This document shows, one piece after another, positions 12,020 through 24,674 of a stretch of 64,000 bases of DNA; position 1 is the stretch's first letter; each line of letters starts with the position of its first letter. This DNA comes from Marsupella aquatica. Taxonomy: Eukaryota; Plantae; Marchantiophyta. The stretch is taken from NCBI GenBank assembly GCA_973895155.1, contig OZ316899.1, positions 7,133,241 to 7,197,240 on the forward strand, read 5' to 3'. The notes below the pieces were generated by a model. That model saw only the letters and a list, made by a program, of their open reading frames with translations, was not told the origin of the DNA and ran no database searches. Both the position numbers and the translations under genes were made by a program.

Positions 12020-15000
12020 TCAACTAAAAAGCCATGCGTCTGGATGAGTAACCCACCTAAGACGTTCCTGACGGACTAATTCTTTGACTCGCAGTAATCT
12101 AGTATGTTTTCTACTGGGACCCGAGGCTTCACAGAGGCCATGCAAGGAGTCTAACATATCTGAAAGGAGTAGATTCAGATTAAACCTTCTACTGTTGACA
12201 CGATTAAAAAGCTGCTCATTCCGTGCCAGCCAGAGAGTCCACAGCACGTGGTAAACCACAAAGACCCGAATGGTTCTCTCAATTTTGGTGCATCCAGTGA
12301 CTTCCAAGACAGAGAATAAATTCAAATGTCTCCAAGAAGTGGCTCCCGGAAAAATCCACCCAGCTAGCTGCCAGCACCTCTTAGCGAAGGGACATGTGAA
12401 GAAAAGATGAGGAATTGTTTCAAGAACATTGGTGCACAGTAGGCAGCTTCCATCTCCTTTACCAATCTTTCTAGCTCGTGTTCCAGTGAATAACCCTTGA
12501 GCAGCTAATCTCCAAAGGAATAAGCGGCCTTTTAACGGTAAATCAGATGACCATAGAGCATTCCAGAAATTGTTCCATTCGAGGTCAGAAAAAGAAATGC
12601 TCCAAATCCCGTTGAGCCTGAGAGAATTAGAGCCTTTGGGTCGAATCAGCTGATACATACGTGCATTGGACAGGGTGAAGCTCTTCAGCCATTCATGTTT
12701 GTCAGACCAACACCATTGGGCGGCACGAGCTTGGAGATCTCCAAAGCAATCCACAGTACCTTTGATTTTGTCCACGAATGCTAAACAAAGCTCTCTTGTT
12801 GCAGCGTCAGCACCACGTATTCTTGCAATTTTAGTAGAAAAGGTTCGAACAACTGAGTCATGAGAACCATTTAAATCCGACATCGTCCTTACTCCAATCC
12901 TCCCGCACATCTTGATAATGGAGAAAATCATGTCATCCTGTAGGTGCTGAAAACCTTCTAGGCATCTCACAACATCCTCCACGCTCCACCAGCATGCCAT
13001 GCCAGAAACGCCCGGTGAGAGTATACGGTGCAGCCGAAGAGACTCCCAAGCCTTCCACAAACTACCCGTGTAAAAGAGACAGCCAAAAGAACGAGGGTAA
13101 TAGAGCAATAGTCAATCAGAGAGAGAGTATCTATTTCTCCTGATGCGCTTAGCATTCCTCCATTTTGCCAATCTCAAATTTTCCCCAAAAAGCCTAGCCC
13201 ATTCAAAGACTTGCGAATCCAGAGCACGGGTGAACCATTGATAGAGTAAAGCATGAGAGTGACTACGAAAGTCCTTAAACCCAAGGCCACCGTCCACCAT
13301 AGGCCGTGCCATCGTCTTCCACGCTACCAGGGGAATTTTCCGTCCACCATTCTCATTATATCCCCAAAGGAAGTTACGGCAGAGAGTCACCAAAGTCTTA
13401 GCCAAAGAGTTGGAGCTTCTGAGGAACATCATATGATAGATAGGAATAGCTTGCAATACATGCTTAACAAGAATAGTGCGTCCTGTGAAAGAAAGAAAAC
13501 GGGTGGCCCAAGCAGAAAGTCGAGAACTAATCTTGTCAAGACAGAAGGTGTGGAGTTGCAAGGAAGAAAGGTCCCATCCCATAGGCGCACCAAGGTATCT
13601 TTGAATTTCCCCTTTCCCGCTGATCTTGCAACCAGTGTTAACCAGCCATTCCGGAATCTCCTCCAACGCAAGTGGAATGACAGTAGACTTACGTAAGTTG
13701 AGCCGAGCACCAGATGCAAGTTCGTAACAAGCAATTGCTTCCGTGACCTTATTGAAATCTTCTTCAGATGCAGGAATGAACAATCCAAGATCATCTGCAA
13801 ATAATCTGTAACAGATCATGAGGGCCTCAAAGATTTGAATACCTCTCAGTCGTCCATGCAGAATCTCCTGATCCAAATAGTCCATGAGAGGTTGAGTAGC
13901 AATCGCAAATAAAAGAGGAGATAACGGGCAACCTTGACGGACACCACGGAGCAACTGGATTTCCTTCGAGAACATGCCATTCAAATGAACCTTGGAGCCC
14001 GCGCCAGTGAGTAAGGATCTCACTAAACTAATGTAGTGACTACCGAGTCCAAGCAAATGCATAGCTTCCCAGATGTAGGAGTGGCAGACTCTGTCGAAGG
14101 CCTTCTCAAAGTCCAACATAAGAAAAAGAGAGCTTTTCTTGTTAACTCGTATCCAGTCGACAGTCAGCCAGGCAACCGAGATGTTTTCTAAAATGTGCCT
14201 GCTCGGAATGAATCCAGTTTGCTGAGGACTAATAAGCTTGTGTATAAGTGGTTTAAGGCGTAAAGCCAAGATCTTAGCCACAACCTTGTAGATGGTATTG
14301 AGCATAGTAAGAGGGCGCCAGTCCTTCAAACATCTTTTATTGGGTTTCTTCGGGATCAATTTGATCACACCTTCCTTCATGTTAGCCGAAAATTTTCCTG
14401 TTCTCAAGAAATCCAGAATCATCTCATAAATGTCTTCTTTCATAAAGTGCCAACAAGATCTGTACACTTTGGCAGTGATACCATCAGGTCCCGGTGCTTT
14501 GTCAGCCGGAAGTAACCAAAGAGTAGAACGAATCTCCTCCATCGATGGGGGGGATTCCAGTTGCCTAATTTCAGCTGCCGTAAGCGACTTACCAGTGTTA
14601 GCAAAGAGTTTGCGTCTAGCTTCTCTAACTTCAAACAAAGTACTAAAAGCCAAATCCTCCGGCGCCTCGTAAAGAGCACAATATTGTTTTTCTACTTCTT
14701 TCAGAATACTATCCTCTTGAGTTAATATGTCGCCATTATCAAGAAGTAGTATAGACATGTTTTCTCTGAGTCTTTTAGCCTTGACCGTAGCAAAGTAGAA
14801 CTTAGATGGTGCGTCTCCCTGCCCCAGCCATTTGATCCGTGAGAGTCTCCTGCCCATTTGTGCCTCTTCATGTTCAGCTATTCTTACCTGATCGTCCACA
14901 GTAGCAAAATCAGCGATGTCTGATTCAGATAGTGAACTAATAAGGGCTACCTTAAGTGTTCGCAGACGATTCCTCAAGAGAGAGATTTCCACCTCTCGGG

Positions 15001-15940
15001 CAAGTGGTGCGGATTGTAATTCCTTGTATTTTTCCCGCAGCCTTAAACTAGCCAGATAAAAACAAAGGTGAGGATCCACCACCCGATCTTCTTGCACCTC
15101 CCATGCACCACAAAGTTTTTCCAAACAACCTTCAACTCTGAGCAGCCCCACATTGGCCTTGAAATAGGAGGACTAGTGTGAGGTCGTTCCCAACTCCACA
15201 TTAGAAAGACGGAAGTGAAGAACGATAGGATCGTGATCCAAAAGTGCAGATCCTCCTTCGTGACAAAGTTCTACAACCGAATCTGTCCACCAGCTTTTTC
15301 CACTAAGGTAAAATCGGTCAAGTCTAGACTGCACCACAGACCCATTAATTTTCCGTCGCCAAGTGAAGTTTGCGCCACGAAAGCTCCGAGTAACACCAAT
15401 AGCGTCCTCCAAATCAAGTCTCATTTTAAAAAACCTCCAGAATTCTGCCTCCCTTCCTCTGATCAGTGGCGATGAACCAGACGAATCATTTCTGCTTTCA
15501 GTCATATTGAAATCCCCACAGATAATCCAGTTGTCGTGAGGAAGGGATATTTTGAGTTCATGCCACAGTAGAGCACGGTCTTGAGGGAGATTAGGTGCAT
15601 ACACACTTACTAGACCGAAGTTTCCCAAAGGGTGAGAAACACGCACCCACACAGCGCGGCCTTTGTCTACTACTCCAGATTGAGTGATAGAAATAGAGGG
15701 GTGAATAAGTAACAAAGTACCCCCGCATTTGTCATCTGGCTCAGCAGATAAATATTGATAGGAAGGTAGAATCAACCGAAGCGCTAGACCTAGTCTAAAA
15801 CTATCAGCTTTAACCTCTTGTAAAGCTAAGGCAGTCAATGTGGTCGTGAGCGAAATAATCCAAATTTTCACCACATGTTTCCTGTTCGATTCGCACAGAC
15901 CACAGACATTCCATGAAGCTATATACAATTCATTATCCAT
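12020..15940 (-). pseudogene. LINE ORF2: APE endonuclease, RT and zf-RVT
   Basis: SWNVCGL, SVYAPN, GDFN, SRLDRFY, DHDP; KAPGPDG, DFEKAFD, GVRQGCPLSP, LFADD; CLLC...ETIPHLFFTC; frameshift near 15170 and in-frame stop at 13112. Confidence 0.95.
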
Positions 15941-16068
15941 TTTAGTTTTCAAAATGTTCTTCCAACTCTCGTAAGAATCAGGAAACGAGAGAGGCCATCC
16001 CAACAGAAAATGCAGATCAGCAGATAAGCAGATCCTGAAGAAAGCCCAAAACAGATTCTCGAAGCACT

Positions 16069-19000
16069 TATTTGGCATGGCGCCCCGGGGAAGTCGGGAT
16101 GACCGAATTGGAGTTAGCAGCCGAGCGCGTCCGCATTAAAGAGTCCGAAGTAGGAGGTTCCCGAGCAGGGTAATGGAGAGAGCGTCCCTTCTTGTTGTCA
16201 TCCTTTTTGTCCTTCTTCTTCTGGTCGGTAGGTGGAGTTCAAAGTTCTAGTTTTCTTGCTTGCTCCTTCTTTGACTGGCTCTTAGAAATATATTCCTCAT
16301 ATTCTGACATCTCTATATCAGATCCACCCCGCAGAGAAGCCTCCTCAACATCAGTGGCAGGTTGAATATCCATGTAATCTGTGTTTGAAGTTGGCTCCAC
16401 TGCAAGAGAGGAAGGGCTCGGTACAACAACTAGGGAGTCCTGCTTGTCGATTTCTGCTGCTCCATGCTTCCTCAAAGCCTGCGAATCAGATATTCTCTCT
16501 ATAGCAGGCCAATCCACTGCGCCAGGGATAACATCCTATGAACTATGATCTTCAAAGAGAGCATTGTCTCTGAGAAGCGAAGCAAAATTTCCAGTGGAAC
16601 AATCAGCCAGGGGAGTCGGAAGGATGGTGGTAGAAGGAGAAGATTCTTCAATCCCCACCGGAGTGCCAATACTGGGAGAACGCACTTTATCAATCAAAAC
16701 AGCAGTCGGGGACAAAGTCTGATTTTGATTCAAAGGTGACCTGGGGCTAATAACACTATCCCCTCTAGAAAGGGCAATGATATTACCAATGTTAAGGGTA
16801 TTTTGTAATATAGTACATTAGTTAGAAATAATAATAAAATTATAAATTTTGAACTTTTTCTGAGTCAAAGGTGCAGTATAGCTACCTTTTGTAGCAATTT
16901 AGATCAACTGAACACTTTACCTAATGTCATGCTACACCGAAGACTACTTCCTGTTCTGGATCTTGAACGACAGCGGAAGTCTTTACCTTTCATCGGCATC
17001 ACACTCAAGACATGGATGTAATTCAAGAAGCTATGCAAGAGAATACCTACACAAGAGTTCAGCAACCAGACCAGACAGCACTACTCCAACAAGATTAGTT
17101 CTCCCACGACAATAGTTAAGATCAGTCGATCTCTGCAATTTTAGTTAAATAGTTAAAGTAGTTAGAAAAGTCTCATACTTTTCCAGGAGATAGCCCTTAT
17201 GTAGTAGAATCTCCCCTGAAAGTATCGACCAAAACCGACATATAGTTTAGAAGATATGACATTTTTAGTTTTGTAAAAAGCGTGAGTGCGCAAAGGTGCA
17301 ACGGCGCTAGTGCTCCAAAGCGCAAAGGCGCAACGGCGTCTCCAACACTTAGAAAAATTTCCGGAAAATGTATTTTTTTTATCCGACAGCACTTTTCACC
17401 GATTTTATTAAGGCACTTAGATACCTCAGAAAAGTCTAAAATTTTGTCAGCATGTAGCATGTATATAAATCTTCCACCTAGAAAAGTTTCACCCCATTTT
17501 GACTTCTATGTTAGAAATTAAAATTCCGATAAACTCATTATTTATTAGTTTTACCACAAAAGTACAAAAACACTTTTACTCCAGTTTACACTAGGGATAA
17601 CTTTTGGTTAGTTTTTCATTCCAGCAACATTCTAGTGAACCTTGAGTACTCCTGTAGCATATTTTCATATTTTTTACTTTAGTTTATGACCCTTAAGATA
17701 TGAAAGGGCATGTCCTTTCATTATCTCTTTTCCCCTTTAGTTTCTGCTAGCCTATATGTAGTAGAGTTTTTGCCACTTTTTGTGTGAAGAAATTTCATGA
17801 GCGCTCAGTTGCAAGATTGCAACTTTGTTACCTCCATTTGTAGCAAGCACTCCATTGCATATGAGTACTTAATACAAAGGAATTCTTCCCCCTTCAAGTC
17901 TAAATGAATGAGAAGTTTGGACCCTTGAAGTAAAATTATTGTGATTGTTAAATTTTTTGAGTATGTGGAAATAGATTCCTTGCTGGTAATGTTTCACATA
18001 TTCCTTAGTTCTTGATGCATAGTTTTTGGCGTGACATTGCTTGTGCACGGGATGCAAAGATTGTTACTTATCAATTACTTATGGCTTCAAATTTGATTAT
18101 GATGGTGTCTCTTATTTGTGACACAAAGTACCGATTGGATACAGAAGTGATTGATTACTAGTCTCCACTCAGTACCTTGGAAGGAAAAGTTGAGACATGT
18201 TGACGGCATTTTAGTAATCATCCTAGTATCGTAATCCTTTCCAGAAATGTTCTTGCGGATATACCACTTAAATCATATCAAATGAAGTTATGTTGAGGAG
18301 TCACCTTGGTTGTTTCCTAACTCCCTCACCATACCTCAGGATTTTTATTGTGTTTTATTAATTGTTTCCATTTTGTTAATTTTATTTTTAATGTCAAGCA
18401 GACATTTAAAACTATGCCTTGATGAGCAACCATAGTAAAAGGCTCAACCTTTGTGTTTTTGGTTACCTTATTCATTCATAAGTGCTAAATCATAGAAAAT
18501 CATTCCTTACATGTTCTTCCATGGGAACGAATACCGAGTTTTGGATCTTAAATGTTTATTTATGTCCCTAGTGTGATACTACATATTTCTCTCAACCGTA
18601 GGATCAAGAGGATCGACCCCTGGAGGGCTAGTAGCCGAAGATCCCCTAGGCGCGCCAGCACCAGCTGTCGCAAGGACCTCTTCCGGTGCCCGAGGAGAGG
18701 GACCCAAAGGGACCCCCCCAGACTCAACGTGAATAGAGTCAGAGGACCAAGGAACCACCCTGTCAGAAGCATACGTCTCGTCCGCCTCATTGTGTGTCCT
18801 ATCTGGTTCAGGTTCGTCGTTTTTAATCTCCTTTGTTTCAAAGGCTTTGCACTGTCTGGCTAAATGGCCCTGTTCATTGCATCTAAAACAATGGTAGGGA
18901 ATGTTCTTGAACGTGACTGGCTGCCAGATAGTGATATCATCGGTGATCTCGATTCCAACACTTTGAGGGATCTCGTGACACGTATCCCAAAGTATACATG

Positions 19001-20183
19001 CACGATCATGAGGAAACGAGCTTCGAACGTCTCCCTGGATATAATAAAGGAGTTTCCCAGGGGATTCCGCAATTCTTTTCCGACAACCTTCAAGAACCAG
19101 AGCACAGAAAGGGATCTCAATCCAGACAGGTAATTTGGTGTAAGTTTCACTTCGCACATCAAAAGAAGGCTCCCACGGGAAAGTGTGGACAAATTTCCGA
19201 TCCATGAAAAATGGGGCCAGCTCTAAAGTTGCATCTCTGTGTTCCGGGTGAACAAACAAAATCATGTAAAACTTCTTGCCCACAAATTTAATCTGCGAAA
19301 CCGGCCAACCCATGTCGTTGATGAAGATGCCTTCAACCCAATCACGAAAGACTGGAAGCAGAGGAGCGCGGTCAGTGAAGTAGCACATCATGGTGCAATT
19401 GTAGAGCTCCAAAACTGAAAGGGCCGCCTCATCGAATGACCACTTGAAAGTAGTGTGGAGCTTATTCGGCCAATCTTCCCTGGAATTGTTCGAGATTGTC
19501 TTCAGAATATCCAAACATGCTTCTGAATTTTCCCCCAAAAAGTCGTTGTGTTCATGGATGGGAGCAAACGTGTTCGAGTGAGCCTGTTGACGGCTGGAAG
19601 TAGGTTCAACATTGTTTTCCAATCCCCTGTAATTCCTCGATATTCCAAGATCAAGATCTCTACGTTCACCCCAGCGCTCACATGAAGATTCAGGCTGCAC
19701 AGGGTCATTCCGGCGATCTCCAGAGACAGGGTGAGGTCCCAAGTGAGGAGCAGCATCCGCACCCGGCGGGGAAGCAAGAGGTCTCTCCTCAACGACAACA
19801 ACTTCTTGAAAATCTGCATCCATTTGATCAGCCCACGAAGGACCATTTCTAGGAATGAATCGAGAAATCCTTGGAGGCTGTTCAGCTGGTGGTCTTCGGT
19901 CATGCTTTGCCGAGTTGTCAAAAAGGTCGTAGGGTGCATTCTTTGGTCCTCCGCGCGCATCCTGCATAGAGAATCTACTGGGCACATTTCCTCCTATACC
20001 CCTCCTGATTTCATCTCCATCACGTGTATTACCCCCCTCAGACAAGGGTGAGCCATCATTCCTCCAAGAAGTGCCATACCGATTCCTGCCAAATCCTCTT
20101 CCAGACGAAGCAGCACCGAGTCTACCAGGCCCTCGACCGGCATATGCACGAGTATCCATTCCAGTGCGCCAATTGTAATCCAT
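16069..20183 (-). pseudogene. LINE ORF1 (DUF4283-like plus CCHC knuckle), split by solo LTR E
   Basis: LPVWIEIP and CFRCNEQGHLARQC; frame rejoins across E (VERN|TLNIG); in-frame stops at 16536 and 16239. Confidence 0.88.
16804..18583. mobile_element. AT-rich solo LTR E (1780 bp)
   Basis: TGTAATAT...ATACTACA imperfect inverted ends; perfect TSD TATTT (16799-16803, 18584-18588); excision restores the LINE ORF1 frame. Confidence 0.88.
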
Positions 20184-20504
20184 AGTTCAATGTTGCTTCA
20201 GAATAGGGAGCGCAAAGGATCCAAGGACCGTAACGAATGTATGTGTTGAGACTACCAAGACCAGAGACTCCGCTACAGCATCATCCTACCTCAAATGCTC
20301 AGAAGTTAGTCTGAATGCAATCTATCACAGCGAAAAAGGTGTCGAGAAAAAGCTCTGACGCTACTGGATCCAATGAGACCGACAACGTATTTACCAAAAA
20401 TCTTAAACTTGTGTAAACCCGGAACGCAAATGTGAGATGCTCAAGCTCTCACCGCTCTCACCGCTCTTCTCCGCTCCTTCAGCTCTGTACTCAGCATCTT
20501 GTTC

Positions 20505-22700
20505 AGCAAGTGCAAGTTTGCGATGAACAAGATTAAGTTCCTCGGCCATACCTTTACCCCGAAGGGATTACGCCTAGTCAGGACAAACTTAAGGAGATCA
20601 AAGAATGGGAGCGCCCGTCCAATGTAAGGCAGGTTAGAGCCTTCTTAGGGTTTATGGGGTTCTATTGGAGATACATGAAAGACTATGCGAGGATCGCGAG
20701 GCCCCTAAACGAGCTAACGTTGAAAAACAAAGTGTTTGTGTGGACACAAGATTGTGAGTTAACATTCCTGGAACTTAAGCGGCTAATGATAACGCCGCTA
20801 GTTCTAAAGTTACCTGAGATGGGGAAGCCATTCGAGATTTGGATAGGCACAAGTGATTACACCATTGGCGCCTGTCTTCACCAAGATGGGCGTCCTGTGG
20901 CCTTTGAGTCATGTAAGTTGGAAAATCATTGGATCACACCGGAAAGGGAAATGTATGTTGTGATCTATGCGTTGAAGAAGTGGGAGATTTACCTTAAGAA
21001 CGGTCCCAAAGTGGTAATTCACACAGATAGCTCGCCGGCAGGGTATTTCAGTTCTAAGCCAAGACTGAACCCCAAGGAAATGCGCTGGCAGATGTTCTTG
21101 GCGGATTTTGATTTCAAAGTCCGCCATGTTCCAGGGAAGACAAATATGGCAGCGGACGCATTATTGCGTAAGGACCAACATTGTGTCAATGGGATCACGA
21201 TGCTCGAATCCGAGTGGCCAAAGGTTCTGGCCGCGGCTTATGGGGATGATAGGTTAGCTAAGGAATGGCAAAGCAATGGGGGTAGGCAAGGTAAGGCACG
21301 TATCGTTGGGGTTGGATACGACGCATAATGTTCAGTTATGGCGATACAGGCAGAGGCGTGTGGACGTACCAGAGTCTCTAAGGTTAGAGGTTATGCAAAA
21401 GTACCACAACTCGCCCTAGGGAGGGCATGGAGGACAAGCCGCTACGTATCACAGCATGTCACGAGATGTGTATTGGCCGGACATGAAGCAATCGGTCCTT
21501 CAACACGTGCAAAGTTGTTACTCGTGCCAAAAGAACCAAACGGTCTATAGGGCAAAAGGAGGACTGCTACAACCCTTACCAGTAGCTGCGGCTCCATGGG
21601 AGTCTATCTCCATGGACTTCATTGTTGGGTTACCTGAGTCCCATGGCAGTAACTCCATATTAAAAATCGTGGATCATTTTTCCAAGATGGGGTATTTCTT
21701 GCCTACTACGAAGATGGTTTCGGCCCGAGAGGTTGCCGGTCTAGTGTTTGACAATGTCTTCCGACAATGGGGATTGCCATTGCATATCTTGTCCGATAGC
21801 GATACCAAGTTCACGGGCCATTTCTGGAAGGCATTATTCTGGTTATTCAGAACGGACCTGACTAGGGGATCAGCATATCATCATGAGACAGATGGCCAAA
21901 CAGAACGGGTTAATGTTATCGTGGAGGATTACTTGCGTCACTTTGTGACGGCCAATCAAAAGGATTGGGCAAAGCATTTAACAATGGCCGAGTTTAGGTA
22001 TAACTCGACCAAGCATTCGCCGACGGGGTTTGCGCCGTTTGTGTTGGCCACAAGGAGGACGCCAAGGGCGCCCTCCTGGTTTATAGATCCGGAAGCTTGG
22101 CGGACAAAAAGCAAGGTTCCTTCTGCGGACAATTTTATTCAAGAGCGGCGCCTAGTTGTGGAAGCGGCCACCAAGGGTATGACCCTTGCCCAAAGTCGGT
22201 ATAAGGAGCAAGGGGATAAACATCGATGCCAAGTAAGCTTTGAAATTAGGGAGAGCGTCTGGTTGTAGTTGAGACTTGAGAAATACCACGGGAACATAAG
22301 TAGGAAGCTGGCTCCCAGATATGCAGGGCCCTATCGCATTATACGATGGGCCCACAAGGATAATCCGGTTTTGGTGGTGTTGGAGACACCCAAGGAAATG
22401 GGCGTGGGCAAAAGCTACCATGTTAGCTGGCTCAAGAAATTTATCAAAGACAATGATCCCAACCGGGATCAAGTCTTGCGTCCGGACACGATGCTAGTAG
22501 AGGACGGTGAGGAGTTTGAGGTGGAGGCAATTCTGGACCACCGTTACAAACACAAATTGGGAAGGCAAATCTTGGAATATTTGGTGAAGTGGGCTGGCTA
22601 TGACCAGGCCGAGAGTACTTGGGAACCGGAAGAAAATTTGGGTAATGCCTCAGAGATCCTTGGAAGCTATTGTAAGCAAAGCGGCCTACCGCCGTTGTGA
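20505..22700 (+). pseudogene. pol: pol C-part of A2: RT end, RNase H, integrase, chromodomain
   Basis: RPVAFES, NMAADAL; SCYSCQ, ISMDFIVGLP, ILSDSDTKF, TDGQTERVN, YAGPYRI; FEVEAILDHR...YLVKWAGYDQAESTWEPEENL. Confidence 0.95.
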
Positions 22701-23137
22701 ACTGGTACAGGCAGCTGTAGCTACCTTTGTGAGTTGTATCCTAGTTTCACTCCTCTCGGCCTCTTAAGGATAAAGTCGGATTGCGTTGGTCCTAGAGGTT
22801 GTTGGGTGGCCGATTTGCTTTTTGCGAGTGGAAGTTGATGGTGCCCACCCTACATCTGTGGGCGGGCTAGTTTGAACCAAAGGGGAGTGCCCCAAGGGGA
22901 GGACAATGGGTCCGACGAGTTTGGAGTTAGCTTACCCATTTGGACTGGCATCCTACTTTGATAAGTGGGATAGGTTGGAAATTCCTAAGTCTGGAATGTG
23001 CATATCAACCTGGTTTGCATCAGCCTTATGGGCAAACCATTTGTTACTTCATAAAAAATTTAAGGCCTAAAGTGGTCTAGGCGTGTTGGAACGTTTCCTG
23101 AGGTCACGCAGACGTGACCATTTTAAAGGGGGGTGCA

Positions 23138-24489
23138 AGTCGCGGAACTCGACTACCTTAACACTTAGCTCCGGCATCGCTGACTCCGACGCCGAGCTCC
23201 CTTATGGTCCAGGCCCGGATAGGCCAGCCGGGGAGGACTTAGCATGGGGAGGCTTGTGGGCAATGAGACGTGGCACTAGCGAGGCAAGGAGCCAAGCTGG
23301 GGACACACACTAAGGATTTGGACTAGCTGATAGCTGGTCGGGTCAAGGAGAAATGTGCCGAGCTCAAGGATGGCCATCCGAACCTCCGGATGGACTTTGA
23401 GTTTTGAGGGCTTGGGTGTGAGCTCCTCTTGGGCCCAAGGCCAATGGAGTTGACGCCATGGGCAACGGACGCTTGGGGCGCAAGATATGGCTCGATCCGG
23501 GTTGGGCCGGTCGGGGGCCCTGAGTGGCGATGAGACCTGAGGGCCTAGGCATGAGCACTGGGTTGGCCCGATCACAACAGGCTAAGGCACTCCACTTGCG
23601 GATGCCTAACGAGAAAGTTATGGGCGTTGCCAGTTGGTGGCGCGCCCATTATGCGCGATAGGATCCGGGTTGGGGGCCAAATGTTTAGGGACCAAAGCTG
23701 GTCCGGGGGTGGCAGGTCTCCATAAGCATATATGAGGGGAGTGGTGTCTCCCTGGGGCTATGGGCAAGCCGAAGTCGTGAGCCACGGTGATCGCGACACT
23801 AAGAGAAACCGTCAAACGGAAATGGCGATATCTTCCCAATGGGAAGTCCGTTGGAGGACTTCTTGGGTGTGTTGGAAAGATCTTCAGGAGGGCTATGCCC
23901 TCCTGAGATCAGCTGGGTCTGGGGGTACCTTGGGGTCTTGGGGTTTGCGGGTGTTAACTCGCCTACTTGCCAAATCCTGCCGAACAGCAGCCAAGCCACG
24001 TTCAGTCTCCCAAGGGAACTTGCGTTGGGGAGGAAAGGCCAAGTAGGTGTGGAGGTTGAGGCCCAAGAGCGTTTGGCCCCTAGACCATCAGTGAGGTGAA
24101 CCGGGAGTGGATTCTAGCGTCGGGGCCATTCTGGTCCCGGTGTGTTGGGACAAGCTTGGGACAAGCTTGGGACAAGCTTTAGGACAAGCTACGCTATTTG
24201 GGCCATGAGCATGTCCTGAGGTCAGGGCGGTTAGTTGGTGATGGATAGGTACAAGGGGGAACCCGGCCGCGCCCAAGGAAGGAGTTGTTCTGAAAGAACA
24301 ATGGGCGTGGGTTCTGGTTCCGGCTTATGGCATCGGGAGGACCTATTGCTGACCTATTTACCAACGTCTATTGAGCTTGAGTTAGGATGCTAGACTTGGT
24401 GAGGTGGTGGTGTCAACACATCAGGCGTTCGGGCACCAAGGCGTGAGTGTTGGGATTGGTGAGGGCGCTGGGTGGCAAGGTCCACCACT
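23138..24489 (+). repeat. 3' LTR of A2 (internal deletion/replacement near 24400-24430)
   Basis: Follows PPT AAAGGGGGG-TG-CA; ends GGTCCACCACT. Confidence 0.9.
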
Positions 24490-24674
24490 GATATGAGGGC
24501 CTAGGCATGAGCAGTGGGTCGGCCTAAGAACAATGGGCAAAGGCACTTCACTTGCAAACGCCTAACTAGGAAGTTATGGGCGTTGCTAGTTGGTGGCGCC
24601 CAGATATGCGGGATATGGTCCAGGTTGAGGACCAAAAGTTTGGGGACCAAAGGTGGCCCGGGGGTGGCAGGTCT
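24490..24674 (+). repeat. Old diverged family-A LTR fragment A0 (continues at 37769-37850 and 497-578)
   Basis: Degenerate match to LTR A; sequence is contiguous across the B1 insertion (GGCAGGTCT|CCAGGAGCATATATGAGG). Confidence 0.85.

Larger units (their letters stand above)
11827..20504 (-). mobile_element. Full-length L1-clade LINE (LINE-1x) inserted in A2 RT
   Basis: Poly(A) tail as T18 at 11827-11844; TSD AGCAAGTGCAAG(TTT) at 11815-11826 and 20505-20516; ORF1 plus ORF2. Confidence 0.96.
7649..24489 (+). mobile_element. Ty3/gypsy chromovirus copy A2 (5' LTR truncated; LINE inserted in RT)
   Basis: Partial LTR 7649-8758, PBS 8761, gag-PR-RT-RH-IN-chromodomain order, PPT 23125-23133, 3' LTR 23138-24489. 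Confidence 0.95.
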
